Shown here piece by piece: positions 13,981-26,404 of a DNA stretch of 64,000 bases. Source of the stretch: Octopus vulgaris. Its lineage: Eukaryota. The translations under genes and the position numbers were made by a program. The DNA lies in the NCBI GenBank assembly GCA_951406725.2, contig OX597826.1:26598001-26662000 (forward strand). Direction: 5' to 3'. Every line of letters starts with the position of its first letter. Within the stretch, counting starts at the first letter, position 1. The notes under the pieces are model-generated. The model was not told the origin of the DNA. It searched no databases and saw only the letters and a program-made list of their open reading frames with translations.

Positions 13981-14178
13981 CTTCTTCTTCTTCTTCTTCT
14001 TCTTCTTCTTCTTCTTCTTCTTCTTCTTCTTCTTCTTCTTCTTCTTCTTCTTCTTCTTCTTCTTTTTCTTCTTCTTCATCATCTTCTTCTTCTTCTTTTT
14101 CTTCTTCATCATTCTTCTTCTTCTTCTTCTTCTTCTTCTTCTTCTTCTTCTTCTTCTTCTTCTTCTTCTTCTTCTTCG
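13979..14178. repeat. Interrupted (CTT)n tract
   Basis: Directly visible. Confidence 0.97.
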
Positions 14179-14269
14179 CCTCCTCCTCCTCGAACGAGAG
14201 AGCAGTGCATGTCATCAAAGTGACACTGCGGTAAAATATACGACGCACAATGAATTCTCTTTTTGGTGC

Positions 14270-15905
14270 ATGTGAATTCCGGAGTTGGGCGAAGTCGAAG
14301 CGTCGGCCAGGGATGTTTTCTGAGACCCGCTTGGTGGGCAGCGGATCTTGATATCAATGCGAGAAATAAGAGGACGGTGATCCGTCCAGCGGTCATCTGC
14401 ACCAGGCATGGAGCGGGTGATGCATACATCTCGTCTGTCCCTGTATCTTGTCAGAACGTAGTCGAGGTCGTGACAGTGTTTAGTCCGTGGGTGTTTCCAG
14501 GTTGTTTTTTGTCAGGTAGTGAAATGAAATAAGGGGTTGGTGATGGCGAGTTCATGCTCGTTGCAAAGTCCCAGAAGGGGCAGGCCATTGGCATAGCATT
14601 TCCCAATGTCACTGCCGACTCTGCCGTTAAACTGCTCCAACACGACGAGTTTGTCATGTGCGTGATCGGTCTGGATGGTGCGGTCCAGCATGAATGAAGC
14701 CTTGACGTCGTCATCAGATGTGAGGGTAGGGCTTACACAGAGATCAGCGTAAATAAATCTATCCCCAATGAGTGGGATCCGAACAGCCATCAGGCGCTCA
14801 CTGACAGCAGTTGGGACTTACTTGTACTTGTACTTGTGACGGCGTTCACCCAGGGCGGGTTGAGCCGGCTACTTCTGTTCCTAACGGCATCACGAACCAT
14901 GGTGGTCCACCCTCGACCGTCCTGTGCGAGGTCACCGGGACGAATTAGCTGGGACAAATCTGTGTTGGTCCAGGAGTTGCGTTTTGATGGCAAGGCCAAC
15001 ACCATGCGTGTTTCATTAGCATTCTTCCCCTTCGAAAATATGGTAATTTTGGAGCCAGCTTTTCTGATACTGCCTTCTCCCGGAAGCCTAGTCTCTCTCA
15101 AGGCTGCCCCATCCATGTTGAAGCGGTCAAGTAACTTGCAGACGAGTGCTGTACATCACTCTGTTCGATTAATGTTACTCTTGTCTTGAAGTGTGCGGAT
15201 GTTCCAGGCCACGAAAGTGAGAGGTTGTAAAACAGAGGATTTAGTAGAGTTCCGACCGCTAAGTGGGAGGTCTGCCAGATGCGGTATGCTGGCCAGATCG
15301 AGTTGCCGTGTCCGATGTTTACACCACCTTTTCTAGGGGCTTCCCCTTCAAGGAAAATCTTAAAGAGGCCAGCCCAATCACGAGTCTAGCTGCCGAACTC
15401 CAATGTCACGGCTATTCATTGCAGAGCAACCATCTGAGATTCGCCGCCAATGTGTGGTCACTTTCTAGACCTGCCTCTGGTGCCCACGGTGCCATCAAAA
15501 TTGAGCTTTTTGAAACAGGTTAGAAAGACGAAGCCATTCGCTGAGCAAATTGCTTGAGGTGATCATGATTGCGCGACTGCCACGCGCACGAATTTGGCCA
15601 GGAACTTCTTCACTGCGGCTCAAGAATTGAGATATGCAGCCTTGATGAGGCCTTTGCGACGACTACCCGAAACGTGTTGCCCTCTTACGCTGGAGTTAAT
15701 ACTTGGGGGCTTGAGTTAGCGCTCCTCCACTTGCTCCGCCTTTGGGGTCTTGATGCTGGAGTTTGATCGTGTTTAATCTGGGACCTCATCCTCGACCTTG
15801 CTGCCTTCGTCGTCCCTACCTGGAGTTTAAGACTCCAGACGGTATTGCTATCAGAATCATTGACACACACAAGCCCTTCCACCAAGACAAAGGACGACCA
15901 TCGGA
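14270..15905 (-). mobile_element. RTE-clade LINE 5' half: 5' UTR plus degenerate APE endonuclease, RT absent
   Basis: LTFVAWNIRTLQD, AALRETRLPGEG, AVSERLM, SPTL, FNGRVG, NGLPLLGLCNEHELAITN, TTWKHPRTKHCHDLDYVL, WTDHRPL. Confidence 0.88.
14818..14949 (-). mobile_element. 132-bp 3' end of a different RTE nested in the endonuclease, TSD TGGGAC
   Basis: DLAQDGRGWTTMVRDAV plus a (CAAGTA)3 tail. TGGGAC at 14812-14817 and 14950-14955. Removing it restores QHRFVPTAVSERLM. Confidence 0.8.
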
Positions 15906-15916
15906 AAAGACACACG

Positions 15917-15978
<62 letters not shown>

Positions 15979-16066
15979 CATATACATACATATATACATA
16001 TACATACATATATACATATCTACATATATATACTTAATTATTTGACTATGTGTACACGTGTATATA

Positions 16067-16448
16067 TCTCTCTCTATATAAACGGCAGTTTGTCTGTGCG
16101 TGTTTCTGTGTGTCTGTTTGCTTGTACCCTCACCCTGACCACGGCTTTCAACCGATTCTGATGAAACTTGACACACACATAGCACAATGTCATAATTCAA
16201 AACTAACGCAGAGAAAATTTTGAAAAGTTTCCCCAGTTCTGAAAAAATCGATAAATTCGACATGGGGTCAAGAATCAGAAACACAAACCGCAAACTGTCT
16301 AGGGGACGCAACTCCACCTTTTTTTACTCTCAAAAAAAATTTACCATCATTTTTTCCCATTTTTTTGCTATTTTTTGGCTATAACTCTCTAAAAATGCTT
16401 TATAGTTATTTCCCTTACAAACCTGAGCAACGCCGGGCGATACTGCTA

Positions 16449-16449
<1 letters not shown>
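16067..16449 (+). mobile_element. Non-autonomous Helitron
   Basis: A|TCTCTCTCTATATAAACGGCA start (shared with 10621), 3' CCTGAGCAACGCCGGGCGATACTGCTAG|T. Confidence 0.82.
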
Positions 16450-16520
<71 letters not shown>

Positions 16521-16521
<1 letters not shown>

Positions 16522-16564
16522 CATATATACAAATGTATACTTAATTATTTGACTCTATGTACGC

Positions 16565-16607
<43 letters not shown>

Positions 16608-16667
16608 TACAAATGTATACTTAATTATTTGACTCTATGTACGCGTATATATATATATATATATATA
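16521..16667. repeat. 80-bp tandem duplication
   Basis: ACATATATACAAATGTATACTTAATTATTTGACTCTATGTACGCG at 16521 and 16601. A diverged third copy lies at ~16021-16066. Confidence 0.9.
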
Positions 16668-17324
16668 ATACACATCCAGACACACACAGACATGTACAAA
16701 CACATACATATTGCTAAATGACAAGGAGTAGTCGAGAGAGATGACAACGTAGATTTCGTTTAAATAAACGTCTATTGTTCACACAGACACAGCTTCACTC
16801 ACAACACCTACACAAAATAATGCTTAAGCACACATGCAAGAATACAGAATGTGTGCATATATATATTATTCTTCCTAAATCTCTGTGTATATACTATAGC
16901 AATGAGGAGGAGAAGGGAGTTAATGATTTGAATATATTTGATGCAACGTATTATATTTTTATTTTGATGCTTGAAAGTATTTATTGAAAATCTAAAAACT
17001 ATGTCTACAAATGACCATATCATTATAATGGCATTTTCTATATGATTGATTTGGGATGGTCACTTGGGAAGAGATGGACAAGTATTGTTCAGAGGTCTAG
17101 TCTATAACTTTTGTTTTGCTACTATACTGTACTACCACCTTCACCAACTCTAACAACAACAACAATTCAATATAATTTCTGCTCTCAGTTCCCTATCATC
17201 TCTAACTGTATTGTTTTATGTAGCAATATGTTATATATTTTCATATCTACCTGTATATGACGTCTCTAGGGCTTTGATGGAAAATTTGAAGTGATTATAT
17301 TTGAGATGAGGTTTTCTTTTATAA

Positions 17325-17515
17325 TAGTGGTTTCAAATTTTGCCACAAGACGAGCAATTTTGGGAAAGATTAAGTCTAAAATGTTGACTCCAGTAATCGA
17401 CTGGTACTTATTTTATCGACCTCGAAACGATGAGGCAAAGTCAACCTCGGCGGAATTTGAACTCAGAACGTAGCATTTCGTCCAGTGTGCTAACGATTGT
17501 ATTAGCTCACCACCT
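17325..17515 (-). mobile_element. SINE family M (tail variant B)
   Basis: GGCAAAGTCAACCTCGGCGGAATTTGAACTCAGAACGTA core. Confidence 0.75.
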
Positions 17516-17834
17516 TTTCTTTTATAAAAGTATGAAAGAAATATTTCTCTTCATGCTTTAAACAGTAGCTGAATAATGGCGAGATTCTTTAATTTATCTG
17601 AATCCTTCGTGAACAAAGAACTTAAATTTCAGATGGCAAGCACCCTTAAAAACGGTTTGATGCAATACACGAGTGGGCTGACGATAATAATATGTAGTTT
17701 AATGCTTGAAAATTCCAACACTATACTTTTATCAAAATTAAATGCAATGCAGATTAAATATATTGGGTGTGGAAAGATTACAGTTCTAGAATCACAGCTA
17801 GTTTTTGACCTAGGCATTGACATGAGTAGTGCGT

Positions 17835-18345
17835 AGTGGAACTCGAAGCAATCCATAAAGAGCGTATGCTGCATGTAGCAAATTAGCTACTCTGAAAGAC
17901 TCAAGACTGTAGTCCCTGGAACGAGGCGCGAAAGGCATGCTGCAGTACACACCAGGAAGATCCTGGAAGGACTTCTCTCAAACTATAGTGTTGAAAGAAA
18001 AACAAACATAGGGACAATGTGCTAGGGCATAGTGCGTAAAATCTCAAATCTGTGGTCACAATACATGGCCAAATACTGCAATAGCTTAGGATGCAAGGGC
18101 CCACAACTCGTAAATGTCCCTCTTAAGAAGCTGACAGACTTCCATGCTGTGGATGTTAAAGTCTTCAAAATTAAACTGGATCTCCCTGAAGAGTCCTAGT
18201 TGAACGACATGGAACGGAAGTGGGGAAGTTGCATCAAAGTTCATCATTCAACAAATATTAAGTACTAAAGGAGGACCAATGAAAGTGTAGTAACATCAGT
18301 TAGCGGTGCCCCAGCAGGGCCACAGTCCTCAACCTGTATCTAGTA
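17835..18345 (+). mobile_element. CR1-like LINE 3' fragment, degenerate
   Basis: ISYSERLK, RKILEGL, GPQL, DVKVFKIKLD and a tail GCGGTGCCCCAGCAGGGCCACAG. Homologous to 27200-27745. Confidence 0.8.
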
Positions 18346-18694
18346 AAAGAGTAACAAATAAGATGTGGCATAATATCAATACTAATGATATAATCAGCTG
18401 CTACTGTCATGATTTCCCCTGGTGTTTGCTAACACCAACTGCAGCTCATAATGCTTCAGTGAAAACAACTTGACTTTTCAATTTAACTGGCGATGGTACA
18501 TATTTTGGTTATTAGCAGCGCTTCGACAATAATTTAATTAACTAGTTTCTGAAATGTATCACTAATATAATGGATATTATTTCATTCAAACACCAATCAC
18601 CCGATATGTTACTCCAAATGACATACCTTGAATAAGTTGGCGAAAATAAAAAAAAAGATATTTGAAGTATCCAATATATACATATATATATATA

Positions 18695-18928
18695 TGGCTG
18701 TGGGATAAGTAGCTTGCTTACCACACGCATGATCCCCGGTGCAGCCCCACTGCGTGGCACCTTGGGCAAGTGTATTCTACTATAGCGTCGGACGGACCAA
18801 AACCTTGTCAGTGGATTTGGTGAAGAGAAACTGCTGGTCTTCCATAAGCAACTTTGCCCAGACTTGTGCCTCGTAGAGTAGCTTTTTAGGTGCAATCCTA
18901 TAGTCATTTATGACCGAAGGGAGCCTCA
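18695..18928 (+). mobile_element. Chimeric SINE: family C head/core joined to the family V-like tail
   Basis: 18695-18825 matches the 5' part of 23965-24388. 18830-18928 matches the reverse complement of ~3921-4005. Confidence 0.7.
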
Positions 18929-19469
18929 AGAAACAATACCAAAAATTAAATACATTTATTTTTTATATATAGGACCTGGAGATAACGTGTCGTTGATTAT
19001 ATTCTTCAAACGATTTCTCAGTCTCCATTAATTCAAAAACTTTGGGAAGAGATCAGTGGCAACGAAGAATCTTTATTTTTTTCAAGTAGATTGTATAACA
19101 AAAAGAATAATACTTTACAAGCCGTTTACTGACCATCGGTCCCAAACGTTTAACCATAGACACCCAAGGTGTTAATACACGAGAATTTAATATACCATAA
19201 TATACAAATGATTTTTTTTCTAAAAAATAGGTAATATTTTTCAATAATAATATAAAAAAAAGAATAAAGGAACCTGGAAGAAAATACGACATAGATGTCC
19301 CTTTTCTGAAGTTGCTGTAGAAGAAAAATGAAATTTTAAGATTAGTGTTTATCGGTTTGAATTGTGATATAGGTTTACATGAGAACGTGATTTGCAAAAA
19401 AATGTGCTAGTTCACTTAATATATTTAAAAATATGTGCTTGTTCGAGTCCATCTCTCCCTCTCTCTTTC

Positions 19470-19514
<45 letters not shown>

Positions 19515-19678
19515 GTATGCTTGTGTGCGTGTGTGCATGTGTGTGTGTGTATCTGTGTATGTACTTTTATACTTTTATCCAATTATGCATATTTTAAGTA
19601 CGTATGTGTGAATATGTACATATGTATACTTCTATAAAAATATATACATACATACACACACACAAGCATACACACACG

Positions 19679-19755
<77 letters not shown>

Positions 19756-20465
19756 CTATGAATGTATGTAAGTATATACATACCTATATAAGTAGACAGA
19801 GATTTAGAGAAAATTAGATGGATAAACACATGAAAGATATAGATACATAAATCTATAAATGAATGCACACACACGCACTGATGCGCACAAGCACACATAC
19901 ACACAGACACACACATAAGCACACACACACACACACACACATACGAATTAATCAATAATATATATAAGAAAAATTTATTAAACAAAATTTCGAAACAGTG
20001 GCTACAAAACATTCTTATTGCATTTTTTTGTTTCCCTCTCACCATAGTATAATTAAATACAATATAATTAGTTTAAATCTTACAACAACATCAACATCGA
20101 CAACAAAATTAACGAAAATTTACCACTAAGTGTCAGGAACCAAGGAATTCAAATATAAAAAAATTTGTTAAATAAACCAACCACAATAGAATTATGTAGA
20201 TGGGCACATACAGTCTTTACAATGAAACATCCCGCTTGTACATATTATAAAATGAATTAAATGAAATTTAATTTTATAATAAGCAAATCTAGCACACAAA
20301 ATAGAAGCGAAAATATTAACAACAACAACATAAATACATGTACAAAGAAATGGATAATATAGTTATTAATGTTTATGTATACGTATGTGTGTGTATCTGT
20401 TTAAATATATGTATGCATATATATATGTATGTGTGTATGTATATATATATTTATCGCAAGAGATG

Positions 20466-20507
<42 letters not shown>

Positions 20508-20554
20508 CAGAGAAATGCGCATTTGAATATGCGCGTTTATATAATATATATATT

Positions 20555-20589
<35 letters not shown>

Positions 20590-20987
20590 GTGTATATATA
20601 TATATATATGTACATAAGAGAAAAAAAAAATCTGAAGATAGATACATAGATAGATATTATATATATATATATATATGTATGTATAAATAAATAAAGAAAT
20701 ATATATATACATGATATCAATATATTTACATACATAAATCAATTATGCGCGTTTGCATGAGTATATATAAGAGCGTGCGTATCGGTATGCACCAAGTCAT
20801 ATAGAAGAATCTATGCATGCAGAAACGCTGAAACGATGAATAATCAGAATTATGCAAAAAAAAAAAAACAGAAACAGAAAATACAACCTAGTAAGTAACA
20901 GCAAGAACAACAACAACAGCAATAATAATAATAATAATAATAATAAAAATGATAATAATAATAATAATAGTAATAATAATAATAATG

Positions 20988-21030
<43 letters not shown>

Positions 21031-21182
21031 TAATAATAATAATAATAATATTAATAATAATAATAATGTATACTAAAATAATCACAAAATTGTAATTATA
21101 CAAAACATATCACAACAAAATACATAGGCATGCATTTATAATTAAGCGCAAAGAAATTAGAGAATGACAGCTAAAAACATCA

Positions 21183-21335
<153 letters not shown>

Positions 21336-21378
21336 CATAGCTATACATATATATGTATACAAATGCGTGTGTGTATGT

Positions 21379-21419
<41 letters not shown>

Positions 21420-22058
21420 CCTATCATATAATATAGACGTATAAACAGACAGTCATAAACATAATACAATGATACAAATTGCTTGCACACGTTCATACAT
21501 ATAAGAATAATGTTTGCAAATATGACCCAAACCTAAACTCGCCAGTAGTTCACTGATGGATTGCTTTGGCAAAGAAAATATGATCACCATAACAAAGAAA
21601 AACAATAACAAAGAAACAAAAAACATCAAAATCGAGTCGGCATTTGTAAGTGACACTACAGGAGCTGAATGTAAATGAAGTAATATTAACTAGTCTCCCA
21701 CCAGAATGATGTATCGGTGTGCTACGTACATAACACCACATATGGATGAGGCTAAACGTATGTAAGCACGTATTTGTGTGTGTATATATACGCATTTTAA
21801 TGTATGCATTTTGTGGCATACACAAACACACATACACACACACATATATATATATGTGTGTGTGTATGTATATATATATATATATGTATGTATGTCTGTA
21901 CATGTATGTATAAATGTATAATGTATGCACATGTAAATCTTGGATATAATACATAAACGGCAGTATTAAACCATTGTAACAACATTTGAAGATATGGAGA
22001 TAAACTGTGTAAGAATGGGAGAAAGCATGACATCTTTTGTGTGTGTGTTTATATACAT

Positions 22059-22091
<33 letters not shown>

Positions 22092-22124
22092 AACATATAT
22101 ATGTATAAGAGAACAAAATGTACG

Positions 22125-22155
<31 letters not shown>

Positions 22156-22217
22156 AAATACAAAATGGGACAAGAACGCAAAACATGCAGAAGATGATAC
22201 ATATATGTATATTTATA

Positions 22218-22303
<86 letters not shown>

Positions 22304-22344
22304 CATATATATACATATACATATATATATATACATACACACAA

Positions 22345-22378
<34 letters not shown>

Positions 22379-22448
22379 GTATATATATATATATATATAT
22401 ATACATACATATGCATAACTATATATGTACTTATATACATAATTGCGC

Positions 22449-22505
<57 letters not shown>

Positions 22506-22884
22506 AATTAATATATATATTAATACATATATATATATATATATATATATTCATTCATGTATCTATACATGAATGTGCACATATATGCTATAGAGATTTA
22601 CAAGGTTGATATGACTTCGAGATTTCGCTATTACTCACTGGACATTCAATAAAAGGTAGAAGTTGTTACATCTTCAGTAATTTATCCATAGGCGCCAAAA
22701 TTTTGTAGTTGAATTCAGAGTCTTGATTTCAGTCTAACATAGAATTTATACTCCCGTATTTTGCTTCTCATTCAGGTTGAATGTAGGAGTGCATCATTAC
22801 TCTATACCAGTTCATCGCCTATTGGAAAATTACGTTTCGATATTAGTCCGGGAAAGAATCTCTTACGGACGTAATGTTTTTCTT

Positions 22885-23360
22885 CTTCATCATCATCATC
22901 ATCGTCATCAAATTCACTTGATTGATTAGTCATTCTTTGGTATGCCAACCTGGACGCTTTCGTAGTTGATTTTCGTCACTGGTCACCATTCCCTCGTGCG
23001 TTGCACGTTCGCTGCGTTTAGAACCAGTCAAATTATTTATGCCAAACCGGGGTTTTCTCTGTCTGCCTTTCTTTCGCCTTCCCTCAATAGTTCTTCGAAA
23101 AATGGCTTAGGACGCGGAGTTTTCACGGAATACATGGCCATACCAGGTAAGCTTTCATATTATCTTTACCTACGCTAGGAGTTGTTTCTCTCTACCAGCG
23201 CATTCGTCAATGTACTATCTGACGTAGCTATTTGTGTAGCAGCGTTGAACAGCGCTTGTGCACGAATACCCAGATTCTTCGCTTCACGTTAGCTGTAAGA
23301 GCCAAGCTCTCATACCCATGCACAAGGATCGACGTCAGCACGGTCTTGTATGATTCTGAG
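22885..23360 (-). mobile_element. Old RTE-clade LINE 3' relic
   Basis: YKTVLTSILVHGYESLALT..RRIWVF, KLTWYGHVFR, TIEGRRKKGRQRK, followed by a (GAT)n tail. Confidence 0.7.
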
Positions 23361-23560
23361 TCTTGTTTAAAGACCACAAATGCATCTAGAGCAGACAAAT
23401 ATCTTCTAACAGCGCTGATGAGAATACTACATCCGCCTTCTTGTGAAGTTGGGCGTTTTCATAGCAAGTACACACTGCGATAAAGTAACTGCTTTGCAAT
23501 ACGGTACACCATCAAGGATGTTATCGCCAAACAAATACCGCAGTTAATTTGCTTCTCGTA

Positions 23561-23608
<48 letters not shown>

Positions 23609-23964
23609 TAATATCGAATGAATGAATTACACAGCAAATGAATAAATTCTCTAAACATAACAGAAAGTTTTCTTGCAGTCCAACGGGTCTGGGAGATTTT
23701 TCAACAACACGTAATCAGCATTTGTGTGTAATTATTTTCAAAGTGCTGCCTCCCATTGCAGTGTGATGTTATGAAAGTGGTCGTTGCCATCCTCAGCGGA
23801 AGTCGCTCTGGATTAAATAATGACAATGCACCTTACCTTCAATATTTAAATTCATATCAACACAAGTAATATTGATAGAATATACTCATGATATCTTCTA
23901 CTAAATGTAAACAGGTCAGATATAGTTGTTTAAGACAAGCGTAACATATCTACAAATGTTAACC

Positions 23965-24388
23965 AGCGCAGGAGTGGCTGTGTGGTAAGTAGCTTGTTTA
24001 CCAACCACATGGTTCCGGGTTCAGTCCCACTGTGTGGCACCTTGGGCAAGTGCCTTCTACTGTAGCCTCAGGCCGACCAAAGCCTTTTGAGTGGATTTGG
24101 TAGAAGGAAACTGAAAGAAGCCCGTCGTATATATGTATATATATATATATGTGTGTGTGTGCGTGTATGTTTGTGTGCCTGTGTTTGTCCCCCTAGCATT
24201 GCTTGACAACCGATGCTGGTGTGTTTATGTCCCCGTCACTTAGCGGTTCAGCAAAAGAGACCGATAGAATAAGTACTGGGTTTACAAAGAATAAGTCCCG
24301 GGGTCGAGTTGCTCGACTAAAGGCGGTGCTCCAGCATGGCCGCAGTCAAAATGACTGAAACAAGTAAAAAAGAAAAAGAAAAAGAAAT
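23965..24388 (+). mobile_element. SINE family C, best-preserved copy
   Basis: A box TGGCTGTGTGG, B box GGTTCAGTCC, CCTTGGGCAAGT, internal microsatellite, GGCGGTGCTCCAGCATGGCCGCAGTCAAAATGACTGAAAC and an A-rich tail. Confidence 0.92.
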
Positions 24389-24822
24389 ATCTTTTAAAAA
24401 TCAACAAGATGGACATATTTAACGACATGCGCTTCGATGTTTGCATCTGTTCTAATCTGGCTCTGAATTCACATTTGTACGAATAAATATTAACGCAAAA
24501 TGCTGTTTCAAAATTTTTTAATGATACACTTAAAATGCCAGTATTTTCAGGCAACCTAAGCACAGAAGAGCAAAACAATGTTACAATAAAACGTAACGAA
24601 TCCGTTTTATATGCAATTTTCAGCGATGAATATAGTTCAAGATGTTTTTCCGTTTGTGTGCGACTGTCAAATGTTGCGTAAGGACTGGTCATGCTGAGGC
24701 AATGTCGACAATAATTTAGTTGAACAAATTGGTCACACTAATATTTTAAATCTGGTACTTATTCTCTCGTTCTCATTTGCAGCACTGCTAGATGATGTGG
24801 GTGTAGAAAAACCAGGACTGCT

Positions 24823-24866
<44 letters not shown>

Positions 24867-24899
24867 GTGAAATAGACAGATGAATAATCTTGTAGTAGA

Positions 24900-25897
24900 T
24901 TAATCAAAAGACATGAACAAGCGCCAGACCACGGGACTCAGTAAGCTAATATGGCGACTGAAGGATACGAACTTAAGCTACAGGCTGGAATGGTCAATTT
25001 TGTCGGTGGCCCTCCCATTTGATAGGGGCAGAAGGCAGTGCAACCTTTGTGTCTCCGAACTCTTCCATATTTTGTTTGCCAGAGGCCGGATGGTAAACGG
25101 GCTTTTACAGTCGGCTTTTCGATGCCCCCATTGGCGGCGTTACACTTATCTGGCTTTTAAATAGCGTTTATAAATAATACCGGCACCCATAGCCCTTGGT
25201 AACAAATTCTGAAATAGCCTTTAAGATATCTACGATTAACCACTGCAAGGGGAATTACTCCTGTAAGACAAACGGGGCTTGGTTTTTTCACAGCGGGGGG
25301 TACCTTGACAAGGCAGGCTTAGATGAACACACACACACATAAAACATGATATATATATTTTTTTTTTTCTGCCACCCAACGGTTATCACGGCAGCAGCCA
25401 CTGACAGCCGAACGATCAAACGCACACACGTACACAAAAAATGTTTTCTACCCCTACGCCAACACACACATATACAGAACAGTATACACACACACACGTC
25501 TCTAAGTAGTTTTTTTCTCGCCCCTTATAAAACATCCAATATTCCTTAAATAGTCAGAACTTTATTCTCGGTCACAAAGAACATCTACGCACCCCCACCC
25601 ACATGATTGACCGATGCCTGACCCGTTGAATTCTTCAGCCACCGGTTCTCAACAAACACTGATAAACAGTTTCGCCATGGGCTCTTAGGAGCATAGTTCG
25701 ATTTGTTTTTGCTCCGCCTCTGTTCTGTTTTTGTTTTTCCAACGGATTTCCTATTTTCTTCCTGAAGAGAAAGACACAATATGGTCCCATTATTCCATCG
25801 GATTTTGGTAATTTGTGCCTTTCGAAACACGTGTAGAATGAAATAAAACGATTTCTGTTCAATCTGCGTTCAGCTCCATTTCTTCAATTCACCAATA
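24900..25897 (+). mobile_element. Penelope-like element 3' fragment: C-terminus of the GIY-YIG-type endonuclease plus pLTR with hammerhead
   Basis: ORF 24913-25164 TGLSKLIWRLKD..Y.LEWSIL..A.PF....CNLC..E....CPH matches a PLE endonuclease C-terminal pattern (Naiad-like, from memory). (TA)n lies on both sides. Confidence 0.75.
25755..25843 (+). ncRNA. Type-I hammerhead ribozyme, intact core
   Basis: TTTCTTC-CTGAAGA-GAAAGACACAA...TTGTGCCTTTC-GAAA-C-ACGT-G-TA|GAATGAAA. Stem II pairs 10 of 11 positions, stem III is the palindrome ACACGTGT, GUA triplet with predicted cut after 25835, AATAAA at 25842. Confidence 0.85.
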
Positions 25898-25900
25898 ATG

Positions 25901-25942
<42 letters not shown>

Positions 25943-25947
<5 letters not shown>

Positions 25948-26150
25948 TAATCAAAACAAGAAAACAAAGAGAAAACACAACAACGCAAGGGCAAGGACCA
26001 AGTATAGTGTTATTGGACGCTCAGGAAAGGAAAGACATAAGGAAGATTTAACGTTTCAAACGGAGCTCTTTGCCAGAAACATAGAAAAAGTAAAGATCCA
26101 AGGAAGGGAAGACGGAGGGAAAAAAATCCCCAACGATAAACACGCGGTCA
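25943..26150 (-). mobile_element. Short repeat with a decayed hammerhead-like motif (related to 420-571)
   Basis: Minus 26080-26046: GTTT-CTGGCAA-A-GAGC tcc GTTT-GAAACGTT-AAAT. Confidence 0.5.
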
Positions 26151-26404
26151 CATATTGAATGGAATATTGAATATATTGAGTATATTTAGTATATAAACGT
26201 CAGTTTCAGTTGCAGAAACAGAAAAAGAGGTGTGAAGTGAAACTCCCGGTGATATCAAAACAATAAATGAAAAGATGTAAGAAAAGCTGAAATAGCGGAA
26301 ACTGTAAACATTATATGAAAATCCAGAGAAAGTTACAGAAGATAATTTGAATGCGAAGCACTGTTCTTTTTGCAACGCTCTTCAGACAGGTTTTGACCAC
26401 AGAT

